Assembly (NCBI RefSeq): GCF_011386835.1
Contig: NC_088794.1
Coordinates: 1,240,193 to 1,304,000, forward strand
Length of the DNA: 63,808 nucleotides
Source of the DNA: Chrysemys picta bellii
Lineage: Eukaryota
Direction: 5' to 3'
This document shows, one piece after another, positions 12,901 through 23,483 of the stretch. The translations under genes and the position numbers were made by a program. The notes below the pieces were generated by a model that was not told where the DNA came from, did not search any database, and saw only the letters and a program-made list of their open reading frames with translations. Position 1 is the first letter of the stretch; every line of letters starts with the position of its first letter.

Positions 12901-15194
12901 TGTATGGGTATTTTGTGGAAGAAGGAGGCGGGGGGGTAGGGATGAGTGCTCACAGACATCCGTTGGGTTGTGAAGGGAGGGTCAGCGTTGTTCTTTTTTA
13001 CTATTAAGCTGAGCTAAGTTACTAGGTATTGACAGAAACTATGTCCTTGCTTTTTAGCAGATTCTGTCTTTTTTTGCTGGCTGAATTTTAACTCCTTCCT
13101 AACAGTTGTATGCGAGTTTTACTGTTTTGCATGAATACGGTGTGTGCCTCAGTTTCCCTGTGTGCTGCACCAATACCTCGGTGGTGGGAATAGGGGTGTG
13201 TGACTTTGGCTGAGACCTCTGGGGCAGGTGAGGCTGGGCCAGCTATGACTGGTGCCCTTCCTAACCTGAGACACAGGAGGGGGGTGCGACCAGGTGACTG
13301 TCCGGAAAGCGAGACAAAGGAGGAGGAGGAGGAGCAATGGGGGTGTTGGAGGTGGAATCGCTGGAAGTTGGCAGTTTGCTTGGGGGGAATGGAAGAGGGG
13401 AAGTCCAGGCCGTCTGGCCCACGACTCCCCAAGATGGACTGGGCTGAAAGTCACTGATTTTTGTGCTAACAAGCTCTGTCCTACGTTGTGTTCCTGTCGT
13501 CTAATAAACCTCTGTGTTACTGGCTGGCTGAGAGTCACGTCTGACTGCGGAGTGGGGGTGCAGGACCCTCTGGCTTCCCCAGGACCCCGCCGGGGTGGAC
13601 TCGCTGTGAGAAGCGCACGGAGGGGCATATGCTGAATGCTCCCAGGAGGGACCCAGGAGGTGAAGCCGTGTGAGCTTCTTGCCCTGGATGTCAAGTATCA
13701 GAGGGGTAGCCGTGTTAGTCTGAATCTGTAAAAAGCAACAGAGGGTCCTGTGGCACCTTTGAGACTAACAGAAGAATTGGGAGCATAAGCTTTCGTGGGT
13801 AAGAACCTCACTTCTTCATGTTCTTACCCACGAAAGCTTATGCTCCCAGTACTTCTGTTAGTCTCAAAGGTGCCACAGGACCCTCTGTTACTTCTTGCCC
13901 TGGAGACAGTCTCCTCCAAGGAAGAGGAGGCTCCCCAGAGTCCTGACTGGCTTTGTGGGGAGCAGTTCCAGAGCATCGCCCGGGGACTCCGTGACATGGT
14001 CTAACACCCCCCCAGGCCTAGCCGGCCTCAGCATCGCTCCGCCTGTGCTGCCCCCTTCCCTGGCATTGGTCCCTCCCTGCTCCCCCAACTGTGTTCAGAT
14101 GACCAGCCTCCACTTTCATCTGCTCCCACGGGCGCCGGGGAACCTGTGAGCAGAGTCTGTCTCAGCCTAGGGCAAGGTGGGTGGGTGGAGCCCATTGCTG
14201 GAGGGAGCAGCCTGCTTCGTCTGTCTCTGGTTTTGGTGCTTCTGGGGCATCGTCCTGGGCTCCAGACACTGAACCTGAGTCACGCCGCAGCCCCCGGCAG
14301 GAGCCTGGATGGTCTTTAACTGCTCTGGGTGTGGGGCTGGGAGCGGAGCAGTAACGCTGTGCCTCTCCCTCGCAGGACCCGAACCAAGCCCAACTCGGGT
14401 CTGGATGTGGTTATGGCTGGCCATGGTGCCCCTACTGGTCGTGGTCTTGCTGTGCATCGGGTACTGGAGCTATCGCATCAGCAGTAAGTGGGCCCAGACC
14501 CCGTCCCCGAGGGGTTCCTCCTCCCTCCCCAGCCTCATGCGCTGCGCTCCCCTCCCCCACCACCCCCTCCCTCCGCCTCATGCCCTTCCCCCGCCTCCCC
14601 TTCCCCACGCCCTCCTCCCTATGGGCTCCTGCCCTTCCCCTGCCCCATGACCCACTCCCTCCAGCTCACACCATTCCCCCGCCTCCCCTTCCCCACGCCC
14701 TCCTCCCACTGGGCTCACGCCCTTCCCCCCACCTCCCCTCCCCCACGCTCTCCTCCCTATGGGCTCACACCCTTCCCTCTCCCCCACACCATCCCCTCTC
14801 CCCCAGCCCCACAGCTGCCCCCACCCAGCCTGACGCGCTCACCTCCCCGCAGTGTCCTCGATCCGTGCCTGGGAGTGTTGGCCGGAGGGCAGCGTGACAG
14901 CGCTGCTCTGCGAGGCGGAGGGGAGGCTCCGCGACACAGACAGCCTGACCTGGAGGAGCAAGCGCCAGGGGAAGGAGCTGGGGGCTGGGCAGCCCGGGGA
15001 GCTGAACACGCTGATGCCGAAGCTGGAGCAGCACCGCGTGGTGACGTGGCGGCGCGACCTCGGGCTGGGCAGGCGGCGGCTCACGTCGGTCGTCACCATC
15101 CAGACCCCGCGCGAAGACGACACTTTCAGCTGCACGTTCCAAGGCGCGAGGGGCATGAAGCAGACACACATCACAATCCCCGGCGTGCCGGCGG
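3928..15194 (+). CDS. B7/NCR3LG1/tapasin-like IgSF membrane protein: signal peptide-IgV-IgC1-IgC1-TM-post-TM Ig-like domain (about 475 aa; terminal exon uncertain)
   Basis: Exons 3928-3982 (MPLAVAPGLLLLLLASGA), 5915-6244 (V-set: LGCHF, QWK, GNASLLL, DAGLYTC), 6642-6941 (C1: VTCSVSGFYP, VTWLRD, YSCHVQH), 12276-12563 (C1: VSGYYP, VEWLRD, FTCRVQHPAL), 14376-14483 (TM: WMWLWLAMVPLLVVVLLCIGYW), 14853-15194 (LLCEAEG, LTW, FSCTF). All introns are GT-AG and phase 1, and the frame is open across all six exons. Confidence 0.85.
4185..4440. repeat. About 70-bp GGGAGCCAGGACTCCTGGGTTCTCTCCC repeat family, tandem and dispersed
   Basis: Four tandem units here. The same unit recurs in both orientations near 24190, 24490, 33150, 34290-34540, 55000-55360, 56070-56830, 57565-57660 and 61905-61950. 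Confidence 0.9.
4920..5515. repeat. G-rich minisatellite in IgSF intron 1
   Basis: gggggctcaggctgggggcacagggcgggtagg units. Confidence 0.9.
6950..7640. repeat. C/A-rich minisatellite of about 60 bp in IgSF intron 3
   Basis: cacagcacccccacttctatatacacctccgcagcacccccactgccagagcccca units. Confidence 0.9.
7868..11533 (+). mobile_element. Gmr1-like Ty3/gypsy LTR retrotransposon, non-autonomous (gag-pro plus integrase N-terminus only), with rearranged ends
   Basis: TGTGAC start and GTGACA end flanked by the 5-bp duplication GTTGG (7863-7867, 11534-11538), inside a CR1 3' fragment. Truncated 5' LTR 7868-8140; gag-pro ORF 8337-10058; integrase zinc-binding remnant (HDIPLSGHQG...YCRSCDP); inverted full LTR 10920-11372. 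Confidence 0.92.
8337..10058 (+). CDS. Retrotransposon Gag-protease ORF (SAP-like N-terminus, SCAN-like capsid, CCHC knuckle, aspartic protease), 573 aa
   Basis: LKSDLVELCRQRGL...KEQLIAQL (SAP-like); FGLTPETYRQRFR...LFVLEHVYEQCPPDLRRWL (SCAN-like); CYHCGQRGHIRAQC; YWDTGAEVTL. Confidence 0.85.
   Translation: MASRRMDAKRLKSDLVELCRQRGLHVGRSTKEQLIAQLEERDRLDEPSPVPEGSRPVDAVWALGPDMAGRGQTAAKDIPRPCLPIPRGGVGGSPANTEGTLTPAASRGSSRRSSLSREKMRLECDREMRREELELRKQELKPEREEKEKQRQHELELARPRSSGAPAAVSEGGPKTAKSFDKCFLALRKEGEDMDTFLTAFENTCELLQVDPADRLQFLIPSLDPTAREVYSRLKGAETGDYELFKKALLREFGLTPETYRQRFRNQRKTREVTYLQLANRAQGYARKWTAGAQTMEDLLDLFVLEHVYEQCPPDLRRWLMDQKPENPQHTGQLADEFVNSRAGDNREESQRNRPATTQRESHHGTSQRGNMENAHQRGTSSVRSIQPAQGDPWDMGCYHCGQRGHIRAQCFRLRDRLSGPNPQRVDWVETQPGERQHSQGRGAGSVPPAKDGGELQDSSSGGLDAPDSGFLVYTVGAGQSLRSEYLVPLEVDGRKVNGYWDTGAEVTLAQPEVVAPDRVVPDTYLTLTGVGRTPFKVLVARVYLKWGAKEGPKDVGVHPYLPTEVLMGGGDL
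11534..11749 (+). mobile_element. CR1 LINE 3' end; its upstream part (about 7838-7867) was split off by the LTR element
   Basis: gttggacgttaggaaaa...ggtcccttccagtcctagagtctatgaatctatga terminal repeat; joins in register with ...gggaggtttccgttgg at 7867. Confidence 0.85.
11753..12202 (+). mobile_element. Solo LTR (450 bp), same family as the 7868 element
   Basis: TGTGAC...GTGACA with 5-bp duplication GATGG (11748-11752, 12203-12207); internal AATAAA. Confidence 0.93.
12637..13104 (-). mobile_element. AT-rich insertion, probable 3' end of a non-LTR retroelement
   Basis: Sharp drop in GC; T-run at 12651-12662; flanked by GTTGT on both sides (12632-12636, 13105-13109); family not recognised. 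Confidence 0.45.
13689..13890. mobile_element. Penelope-like element fragment folded back on itself (70-bp inverted repeat)
   Basis: gtagccgtgttagtctg...ggcacctttgagactaac...agctttcgtggg; arms 13737-13806 and 13820-13889 match 68/70; 14-bp duplication CTTCTTGCCCTGGA (13675-13688, 13891-13904). Confidence 0.8.
14520..14790. repeat. C/T-rich minisatellite between the TM exon and the post-TM Ig exon
   Basis: ccccacgccctcctccctatgggctc units. Confidence 0.75.
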
Positions 15195-15393
15195 GTGAGC
15201 AGGGCACGGACTGGGGGAAAGGGGCTGTGGGGGTGGCAGATCAGCGCAGCGGGAGCAGGAGGCTGTGGGGTGCAGGGCTGCAGGGGCATGTGTAGATTGG
15301 GGTGCCATGGGGAGACAAGGAGATTTGGGGCATAGGGGGCACAGAATGCAGGGGGAGGGGAAGGGGGTTCTGTTGGATATGGGGTGTAGTGGA

Positions 15394-15971
15394 TGTCACG
15401 GCGTCCCCGGGCGATGCTCTGGAACTGCTCCCCACAAAGCCAGTCAGGACTCTGGGGAGCCTCCTCTCCCTCAGAGCAGACTGTCTTCAGGGCAAGAAGC
15501 TCACACGGCTTCACCTCCTGGGTCTCTCCTGGGAGCATTCAGCCTATGCCCCTCCGTGCACTTCCCACAGCGAGTCCGCCCTGGCGGGGTCCTGGGGAAG
15601 CCACAGGGTCCTGCACCCCCCACTTCTCAGTCAGACGTGACTCTCAGCCAGCCAGTAACACAGAGGTTTATTAGTCGACAGGAACACGGTCTAAAACAGA
15701 GCTTGTAGGTACAGGAAACAGGACCCCTCCATCAAGACCATCTTGGGGGGTGGGGAGCCCAGACCCCGGTGCCGGGCCTCCCCCATCTCCCCAGCCAGCT
15801 CCAAACTGAAACCCCTTTTTCCTGCCTTCCGCAGCCACACACCCCAACTCCTCCTGCACCTTTGCCTAGTTTCCCTGTCAGAAGTTGTCACCTGGCCCCA
15901 ACCTCCTGGACTCAGGTTATGAAGATCAGCCTAGTCTACAATCTGTTTACAAGACAGGAAGGCTGGTTACA
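15394..15971 (-). mobile_element. Solo LTR (Gmr1-type)
   Basis: Reverse complement of the 3' half of the 12602-13996 LTR; TGTCAC and GTTACA termini; no clear target-site duplication. Confidence 0.8.
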
Positions 15972-18055
15972 CGTGATCTCCCCCCCCCCCACACCGCCTG
16001 CCCCTCCCCAGCATGAACCCTACAAAGTCAGGAAGCGCCAAGTTCTGGGGCAGCTCCGAGCCGTCGCCTGATGCTCCCACAACATGTTTCCAGGGGCGGT
16101 GACAGACTCGCACCTCGCAGGGGAGCTCCTGGGGCCTGGAAGGGATGTGCCCAGCCGCTGGGATGTGCCATGCTCAGCCCGGGTCGACAGACACGCACTC
16201 AGTCTGCTCCAGCTACCGCCTGACAATAGCCGTGTGGGCACAGCGGGGCAGTGGGGGGCCAGGCTAGCACCGAGTGAGCACCCAGGGGCCAGGCAGGGCT
16301 GTACTCCGGTGACTAGCCTGAGCTCCCGCGGCCACGCGGCTGTTTTTAGCACCAGGCCGTCTGTCTGTCCCCGCTGGGAATGACCCCTCCCGGCCGCTGT
16401 GTAGACGTGCCCGGCCAGATACGGACACACCGCAATCGGCACCCGCATCTCCCTGCCAATACACCACCAAGCTGTCCCTGTGAGCTCCCACCCCGTACAC
16501 ACAGCTCTCTGGGTGGAGTGCAGGGAGATTGTCAGCACCTTTGGCGGCAGCCCTGCGCCAGTCAGTGGGGCTGGGAGCTTTTCACACCAGGGCCAGAGAT
16601 TCGTTTGTTCTGGTTCGTTCCTCCCCGGCTCAAACGGCTGCCGGGATCGTGCCCAGACGTTACACGAGTCACCTCGGGGGCCAAACCTCACAGGAACTTT
16701 AGCAAAGGTGTAGAATGAAACCCCTTGTGCAGCCGTAAATACAGCGTGTGCAGCATCGCCCACAGCAGCCTGGGGCAGGGATGTTGCCCCTTTTCCCCAA
16801 GGAGGGAAGGATTCCCTGGGATTTAAGGGCCAGCTGGTGATCCCCTCGTCAGGGTGGGTAGCAGAGCTAGAGTCACCTGTCAGCAGGTTCCCCTGGGCTC
16901 GGCCGTTACAAGCACATTACGAACCCTGGGGGATTCCTGGCCCAGTCCTGGTGCTTCCTTGTTTGGGTGCATGGGATTTAAATGTTTTCACACCTCAGCT
17001 CGGAGAGAACCAAGAGCCGGGACATGGGCATCTCGTGTGAGATCAGCCCTGTCTGTCCCCACCCGCCCCCTTTCCCAGCGACGCCTGAGTCGGTTCCCTG
17101 GAGAGACGTTAAATTCTCCCCTTTACCAGCTAGCGTGGGACATATCTCTGCTCTCCAAACTCCCTCACCATCAGCGCCCAGGGTGGACAGCACCTGACCA
17201 TGCTGGCAGCCTGGTTCTCTGGCCTGGGGAGGGAAGAGCTAACAAACAGCTCAGAGGCATGGGGGGCTGTTTCCCAGATACCCAGCCTGGAGCAGTTACA
17301 GCCAGGTCTGAGCTCGGTATGTCCCAGGATTCCCGGGGCAGGCAGCGAGCTGTGGGGCCCCCCAGAACCCAGCACCCACCTGGGTGAGGTCATGGGGTGG
17401 TTTCTCCCCCTCTCGGGGCAGGGTCTGTTCTGTGGATGGCAGGGCTGGGCAGTGTGGGGAGCAGAGGTGGGTCAGCTCCCAGGGACTGAGTCTGGTGTAT
17501 TCACAGGGTCCCCAGGCAGGGGCCTCATTCCCGTTCTGTTCCTCCCTCCAGGTGGCCCGCTTCTGGATGGAGACATGGCCATTTTTTGACCGTCCTGCAC
17601 TCACGCTACGGCCGGTGCTGGGGGGAGAGAGAGAGCCAGCTGCAAACTGCTCGTAGAGGAGAGAACAAACTGACCCCTTGTGATGCTGTGTGATTGACAT
17701 GTGACTGTGTACAGCCTTGGTGTGGCCACTGTGCTCCAACTGCAAGAGAACTTGTACCAAGTGCGTCGTGTCCGGTGTCACTGGAAAAGTTGCGAATTGC
17801 TAAGTATGGATATCCTGCTTATATGTGTACCACCCCCCGCCCCCGTCCACTGGCCCAGTGTGAGGTTGTTCCAGATAGGGGAAGCCTCTTTGTGACCTTT
17901 TACACAACTTTAGGGGACTGGGCCTGAGGCTCCTTTGTGTGCTCTGCGTTGTGTGTCAGTGTGTTCACCTCAGCCCAGACCCACTCAGACAAACCACCAG
18001 AGAGCGCGACCGCACTGTCCCTTTAAGGCGCTTTAAGCTGCTAAGTGTCGACTCA

Positions 18056-18588
18056 GGCTACGGCTACACGAGAGAGTTCAAAGCGCTGCCACCTGAGTGC
18101 TCCCGCAGCAGCACTTTGATGTGCGAGTGGGGTTGTGCGCGAGACAGCTCTCCCAGCGCGCCTGGTAATCCACCTCCACGAGGGGAGTCGCTCCGAGCGC
18201 CGGGAGCCTGTCTACACTAGCGCTTTAAAGCGCTCAGACTTGCTGCGCTCGGGGGTGATTTTTCACCCCCCTGAGCAGCGGCGGCTCCAGGCACCAGCGC
18301 CCCAAGCGCATGCCTGGGGCAGCAAGCCGTGGGGGGCGGCCTGCCGGTCCCTGCGAGGGCAGCAGTCAGGCAGCCTTCGGCAGCATGCCTGCGGGAGGTC
18401 CATGGTCCCGCGGCTTTGGCGACAATTCGGCGGCGGGTACGTCGAAGCCGCTGGACCGGCAGACCTCCCGCAGGTGTGCCGCTGAAAGCCGCCTGACAGC
18501 CGTGTTTGGGGCGGCAGAAAAGCTAGAGGCACCCCTGCCACTGAGCCAGCGAGTTAGAGTGCTATAAAATCTACGTGTAGACAAGCCC
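18056..18588. mobile_element. PIF/Harbinger-like MITE containing a nested hAT-like MITE (18276-18537)
   Basis: Outer ends ggctacggctacac and gtgtagacaagccc with tca/tta flanks; inner ends cagcggcggctccag and ctagaggcacccctg with 8-bp flanks cccctgag/ccactgag. Confidence 0.7.
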
Positions 18589-19481
18589 TTAGCCATGGTG
18601 TTTGTTCCTGGGGTAACACCGCCCAGGCGTGGACTATCCGAGTTCGATGGCCCATTAAAGGAGACTCCCCTAACCATACAGGGAGCTGGTCCCGCCAGGT
18701 GAGCCTTCCTGTGGACGCCCCAGCCAGAATCCGGGTAATGGCTGCCGCTGTGAGTCAGCAAGGCGTGTAAGGTCATGTGACGTGCTCATGTGACCCTGGG
18801 CTCCATCTTGGGCCAATAATTTTCCACACACTGTGCCTGTGGGCTTTGTTTGGGACAGTAACATTCCCAGCACGTGGCAGAGGCTATCAAAGACCCCTGA
18901 GACATCTCCAATTTGTCTTCATTTCCTGCTCCGATTCTCTGGACTGGATTTACAGCTACAAGGGTCATTTGAACTATGGACCGAGGACCATCCAATCTTT
19001 TGGAAATTGGCTACGAGACTTTACAAGCCAGCCGTCTATTCCATCATTGATTCACTGCTACAGCCCTGATCCAAGAGCATTGCCATTATTGTATGCATAT
19101 GAGCTAGTAACCATGTTTAAGGCTTGTCGTCTTTTCTCTATTAATAAACCTTTAGATATTAGTTACTAAAGAGTTCGATTCTGCCCAGAGGGAGGCAGCT
19201 GCAGGAAGCCGGATGGACGGCTGGATGAGCTGGGGAACAAAGGACTGAGGAGGGGCCAGGCAGGGTTGTTAAGTGTGGGCTGCTGGAAGATGGAGACTCT
19301 CGTCAGAGGGCGCTGGGCTGAGCAAGCAGGACCCTGCTGCAACGTTGTGTTCTCTGTTTGCCAACCAAGCCGTTCTGGGCCGTGTCCCAGACAGCTAATA
19401 AACCCGACTGCTCTCACCCCGGAAGTTTCAGTTCCTAACAGCCAGAAATTTTCTGTGGTGAATGGAGCCACTGACTTTCCT

Positions 19482-20590
19482 TGTGAAAGATCCAGTGTGG
19501 GTAGCTTAGAGAAGGTCTCAGATGGAGTAAAAGCTGTTAAGGAATTTAAACAGCCCTATGACCAAGTGGTTGTGCTTGGCCAGCTTGTTGGGGAGACAAG
19601 GTTGTTGGGACAGGAAGGTCTCCAGGCTGATTCTGGGAGTGACCAGTCTGTGACTCCGGTTCAGAGGGAAGACGGGGTAGCGGAGTCTGCAGAGCAGGAC
19701 AGCTGAGCAGTGAATCTCTTGAGAGTTTACCTGCCATCCCCTGCGTTCTTATCTCTAGATACTTGGGAGATGACTTGTAGTCTGTCAGTGAATTTAACAT
19801 CTGAAACCCTAAGCCATAAGGATTGAGATCCCCAGTCACTGACTGGAGTCACCCTGAATATGGACATTGGACTATAACCTGGACCTGGGAAAGTGGCAGA
19901 ACAACCTTTTGCCTTCACGTCAGTTTGGGTACATAGTGCTGACAACTTCCGCTGGCAGCATGGACCATGGGGAAGCAAGGTGAAAACACTGGAGGCAAAA
20001 TCCTGGGATTCTTGTTCTAAAACTTGTAAAACAGACATACTAATAAATTGTTCAAATGGAGAAAAACAACCACCTACGGACTATTTCTAAAAGGACTTTT
20101 GGCAACTACAAACTCACCATCTCTGCTGGGTATCTGAACCTCAAGAAATTGAACTCAAGTCTGTCTGTATATTGATCTTTTAACCAACACACTCTCTCTT
20201 TTCTTTTTTAATAAATTTTAGTTTAATTAATAAGAATTGGCTATAGCGTGTATTTTGGGTAAGATCTAAGTTATCATTGGACCTGGGTGTGTGGCTGATC
20301 CTTTGGGGTTGGAAGAACCTTTTCTTTTATATGATGAGATAAGATTTTCAGGAATCATCATCATATCTGACAGGTGTGTCTGGACGGAGGCCTGAGGCTG
20401 GGCACGTTAAGGGAACTGCGTTGTTTGGACTCTGAGTAACCAGTGAGGTAATACAGAGGCTGTTTTGGGCTGGTTGGGAAATCTAAGTATTGGAATATTC
20501 ACCAGCTTTTGGGGTTTGTCTGCCCCGTTCTGTTTGCAGTTCACCCTGATTGAGTGACCTCAGCCGGCTCCCACAGGCAGCACCGTCACA
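19482..20590 (+). mobile_element. ERV/LTR-like sequence inside a larger block of decayed LTRs (about 17680-20840)
   Basis: TG start, gcagcaccgtcaca end, AATAAA near 20209; a second LTR-type end cccgtcaca at 20840; no target-site duplication found. Confidence 0.5.
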
Positions 20591-21458
20591 GCAGCGCAAG
20601 ATGGTACAAGTTTGGGTTTATCGTCTAGAGGGGGGGGTGTATTTGAGTACTGGGCAACTCCTCAGCTGATCTCAGCATCCGTGTGTACAAGCTGCAGTTG
20701 GGTGTGTCCCTACAGCTGTGAGCTGGAGGGGGTGTGAGAGCCTGTCACAGCAGCACAGGGTAAAGGGAGCCCAGGCTGGTGGGTCAGGCGGGCTCAGTGG
20801 TACCCCAGTTCCAAGTGGCACCCCGGGGGGATCCCGTCACACCCGGATCCCTGAGCTGGAGCCCAGCTGGGCTGCCCTGTCCCATCTCCCAGGCAGACAC
20901 AGTACGTGGTTCACCTGTGGAACTGGCAGCTGCAGGGTGTGGCTGGGGCCTCCCCACACAACATCACTCAGGATGGAACTGCAGCTGCACTGGCCCAACC
21001 CAGCGTCTCAGGCCAGAAACCCCCAGGGGTGGGGGCTGCTTTGCGCTGGCTCCCCCCATACCCCGATAACCCTGGGCGCTGGGGAGGAGCCTGCAGACAC
21101 AGGGAGAGCGCGTCTCTGGCTTGGTTAATGGCAGGAGAGGTTTTGGGGATGGAGATCCCGCTGGCAGGGCCTGGCTCTGGGGCTGCATGCTGGGGGCATT
21201 GGTACCAGCAGGGGGTCTCAGCCCAGCTCCGGGACTCAGGGTGAACTCCCAGCCTGGGAGTCACTGCAGGGTGGAGACCGGAGGATGGCACATTGTTCCT
21301 TCCGGGGGTGGAGGCCCCAGGGGCCCAGAGCGAGGGGACTCCTTGAGGGGCCCCACTGCACAGACAGGCTGCTGAGGGCTCAGAGGTGCGGTCACCGGAG
21401 GCAGCGGAGTCAGAGGGACCTAACCCCAGAGAGAGAGCGCAGCCTTCCCGGGGGGCTG

Positions 21459-22241
21459 TGTCACACCGAAGGGGGGGCTGCTCTCGGAGGCCGCACGGAG
21501 CCGGCAGCCCGGGGCCTGGGTGACAGCCGCCCCTGCGAACATTTTGGTTGGTGAACATGGAGCAAATGCTTAATAATAAACATTGCTCTTAGCTGTAGAA
21601 ACTACAAAATAATTCCCAGAGCTTAGCCGGCTGCTGTCTCTGCCCCTCCTCCCGCTGCTGCTTCCCTCCTCCGCCCCCAGGTTCCTGTTTATTGAATGTC
21701 AGAGCCCAGCCCAGGCAGTTCTCAGGGCTCTTGGGCCTGGCCAGTTTCAGCCCCAGCCAGCTGGGTCTGTCCCCGTCCCCATGGGCTCTGGCTGCTCCTT
21801 GTCCCCAGCCGCCTCCTGCTTCCAGCCCAGCCCCCTATATTCCCTCCCCCAACAGCCCCTCCTTCGTCCTCTGTCTTCTGTCCCAGGTAAACAGGTCACC
21901 TGGGCCCCTCTCTTCCGTCCTTTGTTCCCCTCTGGCTGGAACCGGCTGGTCAGGTCACCGGCCCCTTTCTTCTGTTCCTTGTTCCCCTCGGGCTGGAACC
22001 GGCTGCTCAGGTCACCGGCCCCTCTCTCCTCAGCCCCACACTGGCCAGAACCAGCTGACTGCCAAGCTGGGGGCTCGCTGGGTCCCCCATCTCAAGGGTC
22101 CTGGCTGCCAGGTGAGGTCACACCTGGTCCTCTGCAACAACAAACCCTCTCCCACCACCTTGTTACACACACAGACACAGGGAAACTGAGGCACGCACTG
22201 TGTTCATGCCAAGCACTAAGAAAGCTCCCCACTTTGTCACA
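21459..22241 (-). mobile_element. Solo LTR (Gmr1-type)
   Basis: Ends gggaaactgaggcacgcac...ccccactttgtcaca like the other subfamily members; left end tgtcac. Confidence 0.7.
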
Positions 22242-22574
22242 GTGAGACATTATGGGGTGAGGCCAGGCAATGGGGGGGGGGGGTCAGACAATAATTAGTT
22301 AAGGACAGTAACTGCTGAGCTGCACAAACTGAGAGCCTGATAAAGTATTAAAACACAAACTACCAATGTCACGTGACAGCAGATACAAAGGCAAAAGGCT
22401 GAAGTCAAATTCAGGCATTCGCAAGCAGCATTCTTCTTACTTTGCCTGTTTGCAAACCTCAATGATCATCCATGGGACTATTGTTTTGTGAGGCCTGCAG
22501 CCACCTGCTATCCCAATGGGGCCGAAGCCACCTGGTACCACTCGAGAGAGAGTCTGGGAGTCACTGGGGACAGT

Positions 22575-23080
22575 TCTGTGAAAACATCTGCTCAGTGCGC
22601 AGCGGCCGTCACAAAATGAGCAGAATGCTGGGAATCACTAGGAAAGGGAGAGTGAGACAGAAAATATCAGGTTGCCTCTATATAAATCCACGGTATGTCC
22701 ACACCTTGAATACTGCGTGCAGATGTGGTCGCCCCATCTCAAAACAGATTGGAATTGGAAAAGGTACAGAAAAGGGAATAGAAATGATTAGGGGCATGGA
22801 ACGGCTGCCATGTGAGGAGAGATTAATAAGACTGGGACTGTTCAGCTTGGAAAAGAGATGACTAAGGTGGGATACGATAGAGGTCTGTAAAACCCTGACT
22901 GGTGTGGAGAAAGTGGATAAGGAAGTGTTGTTTACTCCTCCTCATAACACAAAACGAGGGGTCACCCAATGACAGTAACAGGCAGAAGGTTTAAAGCGAA
23001 GGGCAGTGTTTCGTCACACAGGCTGGGAGCCCGTCACCGGTGCTCCCTTGAGGTCGAAGCCGATCGCTTTCACAGGGTTT
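22575..23080 (+). mobile_element. Degenerate CR1 LINE ORF2 3' fragment
   Basis: Translates as YINPRYVHTLNTACRCGRP and GMERLPCEERLIRLGLFSLEKR (CR1 RT C-terminus). Confidence 0.85.
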
Positions 23081-23483
23081 ATTTTTCATGGGTCCTTAGG
23101 AGTCTGACCCTCGAACTCGTTGGCCGACGTGGCAGGTGGTGTTGGAAGACGGGGTTGGCCCGTGATGGCTGCGTGACCGTTGTCTTTCCTTTCTTTGGGC
23201 CTCCCCGTTTCCTTTCTCCTTTGGGGCGTTGGGCGCACGGAGGTTGTTCTGCTGGGTGGACGTTGGGCGCACGGTGCCTGCTGCACCTCAGCGGGGGCTG
23301 GATCACCGGGGCCTCGACGCTGACGATGTTGGCGCCTCTGTGCGGACACTGGCATTGGCGCGACAATCCTCCCGCTTTACGGCGAGGCGGTGCCGGTGCT
23401 GGCGTGCCAGGCTTGCTCGGGGTTTCCTGTGGTTCACCCGAGTCTCCCAGCCGCCGGGCCGAGCCCCCCAGCCCCATGTGAGA

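Larger units (their letters stand above)
12602..13996 (+). mobile_element. Solo LTR of a second Gmr1-type subfamily carrying two nested insertions
   Basis: Starts ..aacgaagtggggattttcc and ends ccgtgaca; shares gcctcagtttccc and aataaacc motifs with the LTRs at 15394, 21459, 43435 and 46630; left boundary approximate. Confidence 0.75.

Noticed and set aside
3928-15194. Naming the IgSF gene CD19, NCR3LG1, TAPBPL or SIRPA
   Set aside because: It lacks CD19 features; V-C1-C1 fits SIRP but the V domain is B7-like and there are no ITIMs; orthology cannot be fixed without a phylogeny
23079-23477. 132-aa minus-strand ORF upstream of NFATC2IP
   Set aside because: No recognisable family; likely CpG-island or transposon-derived sequence
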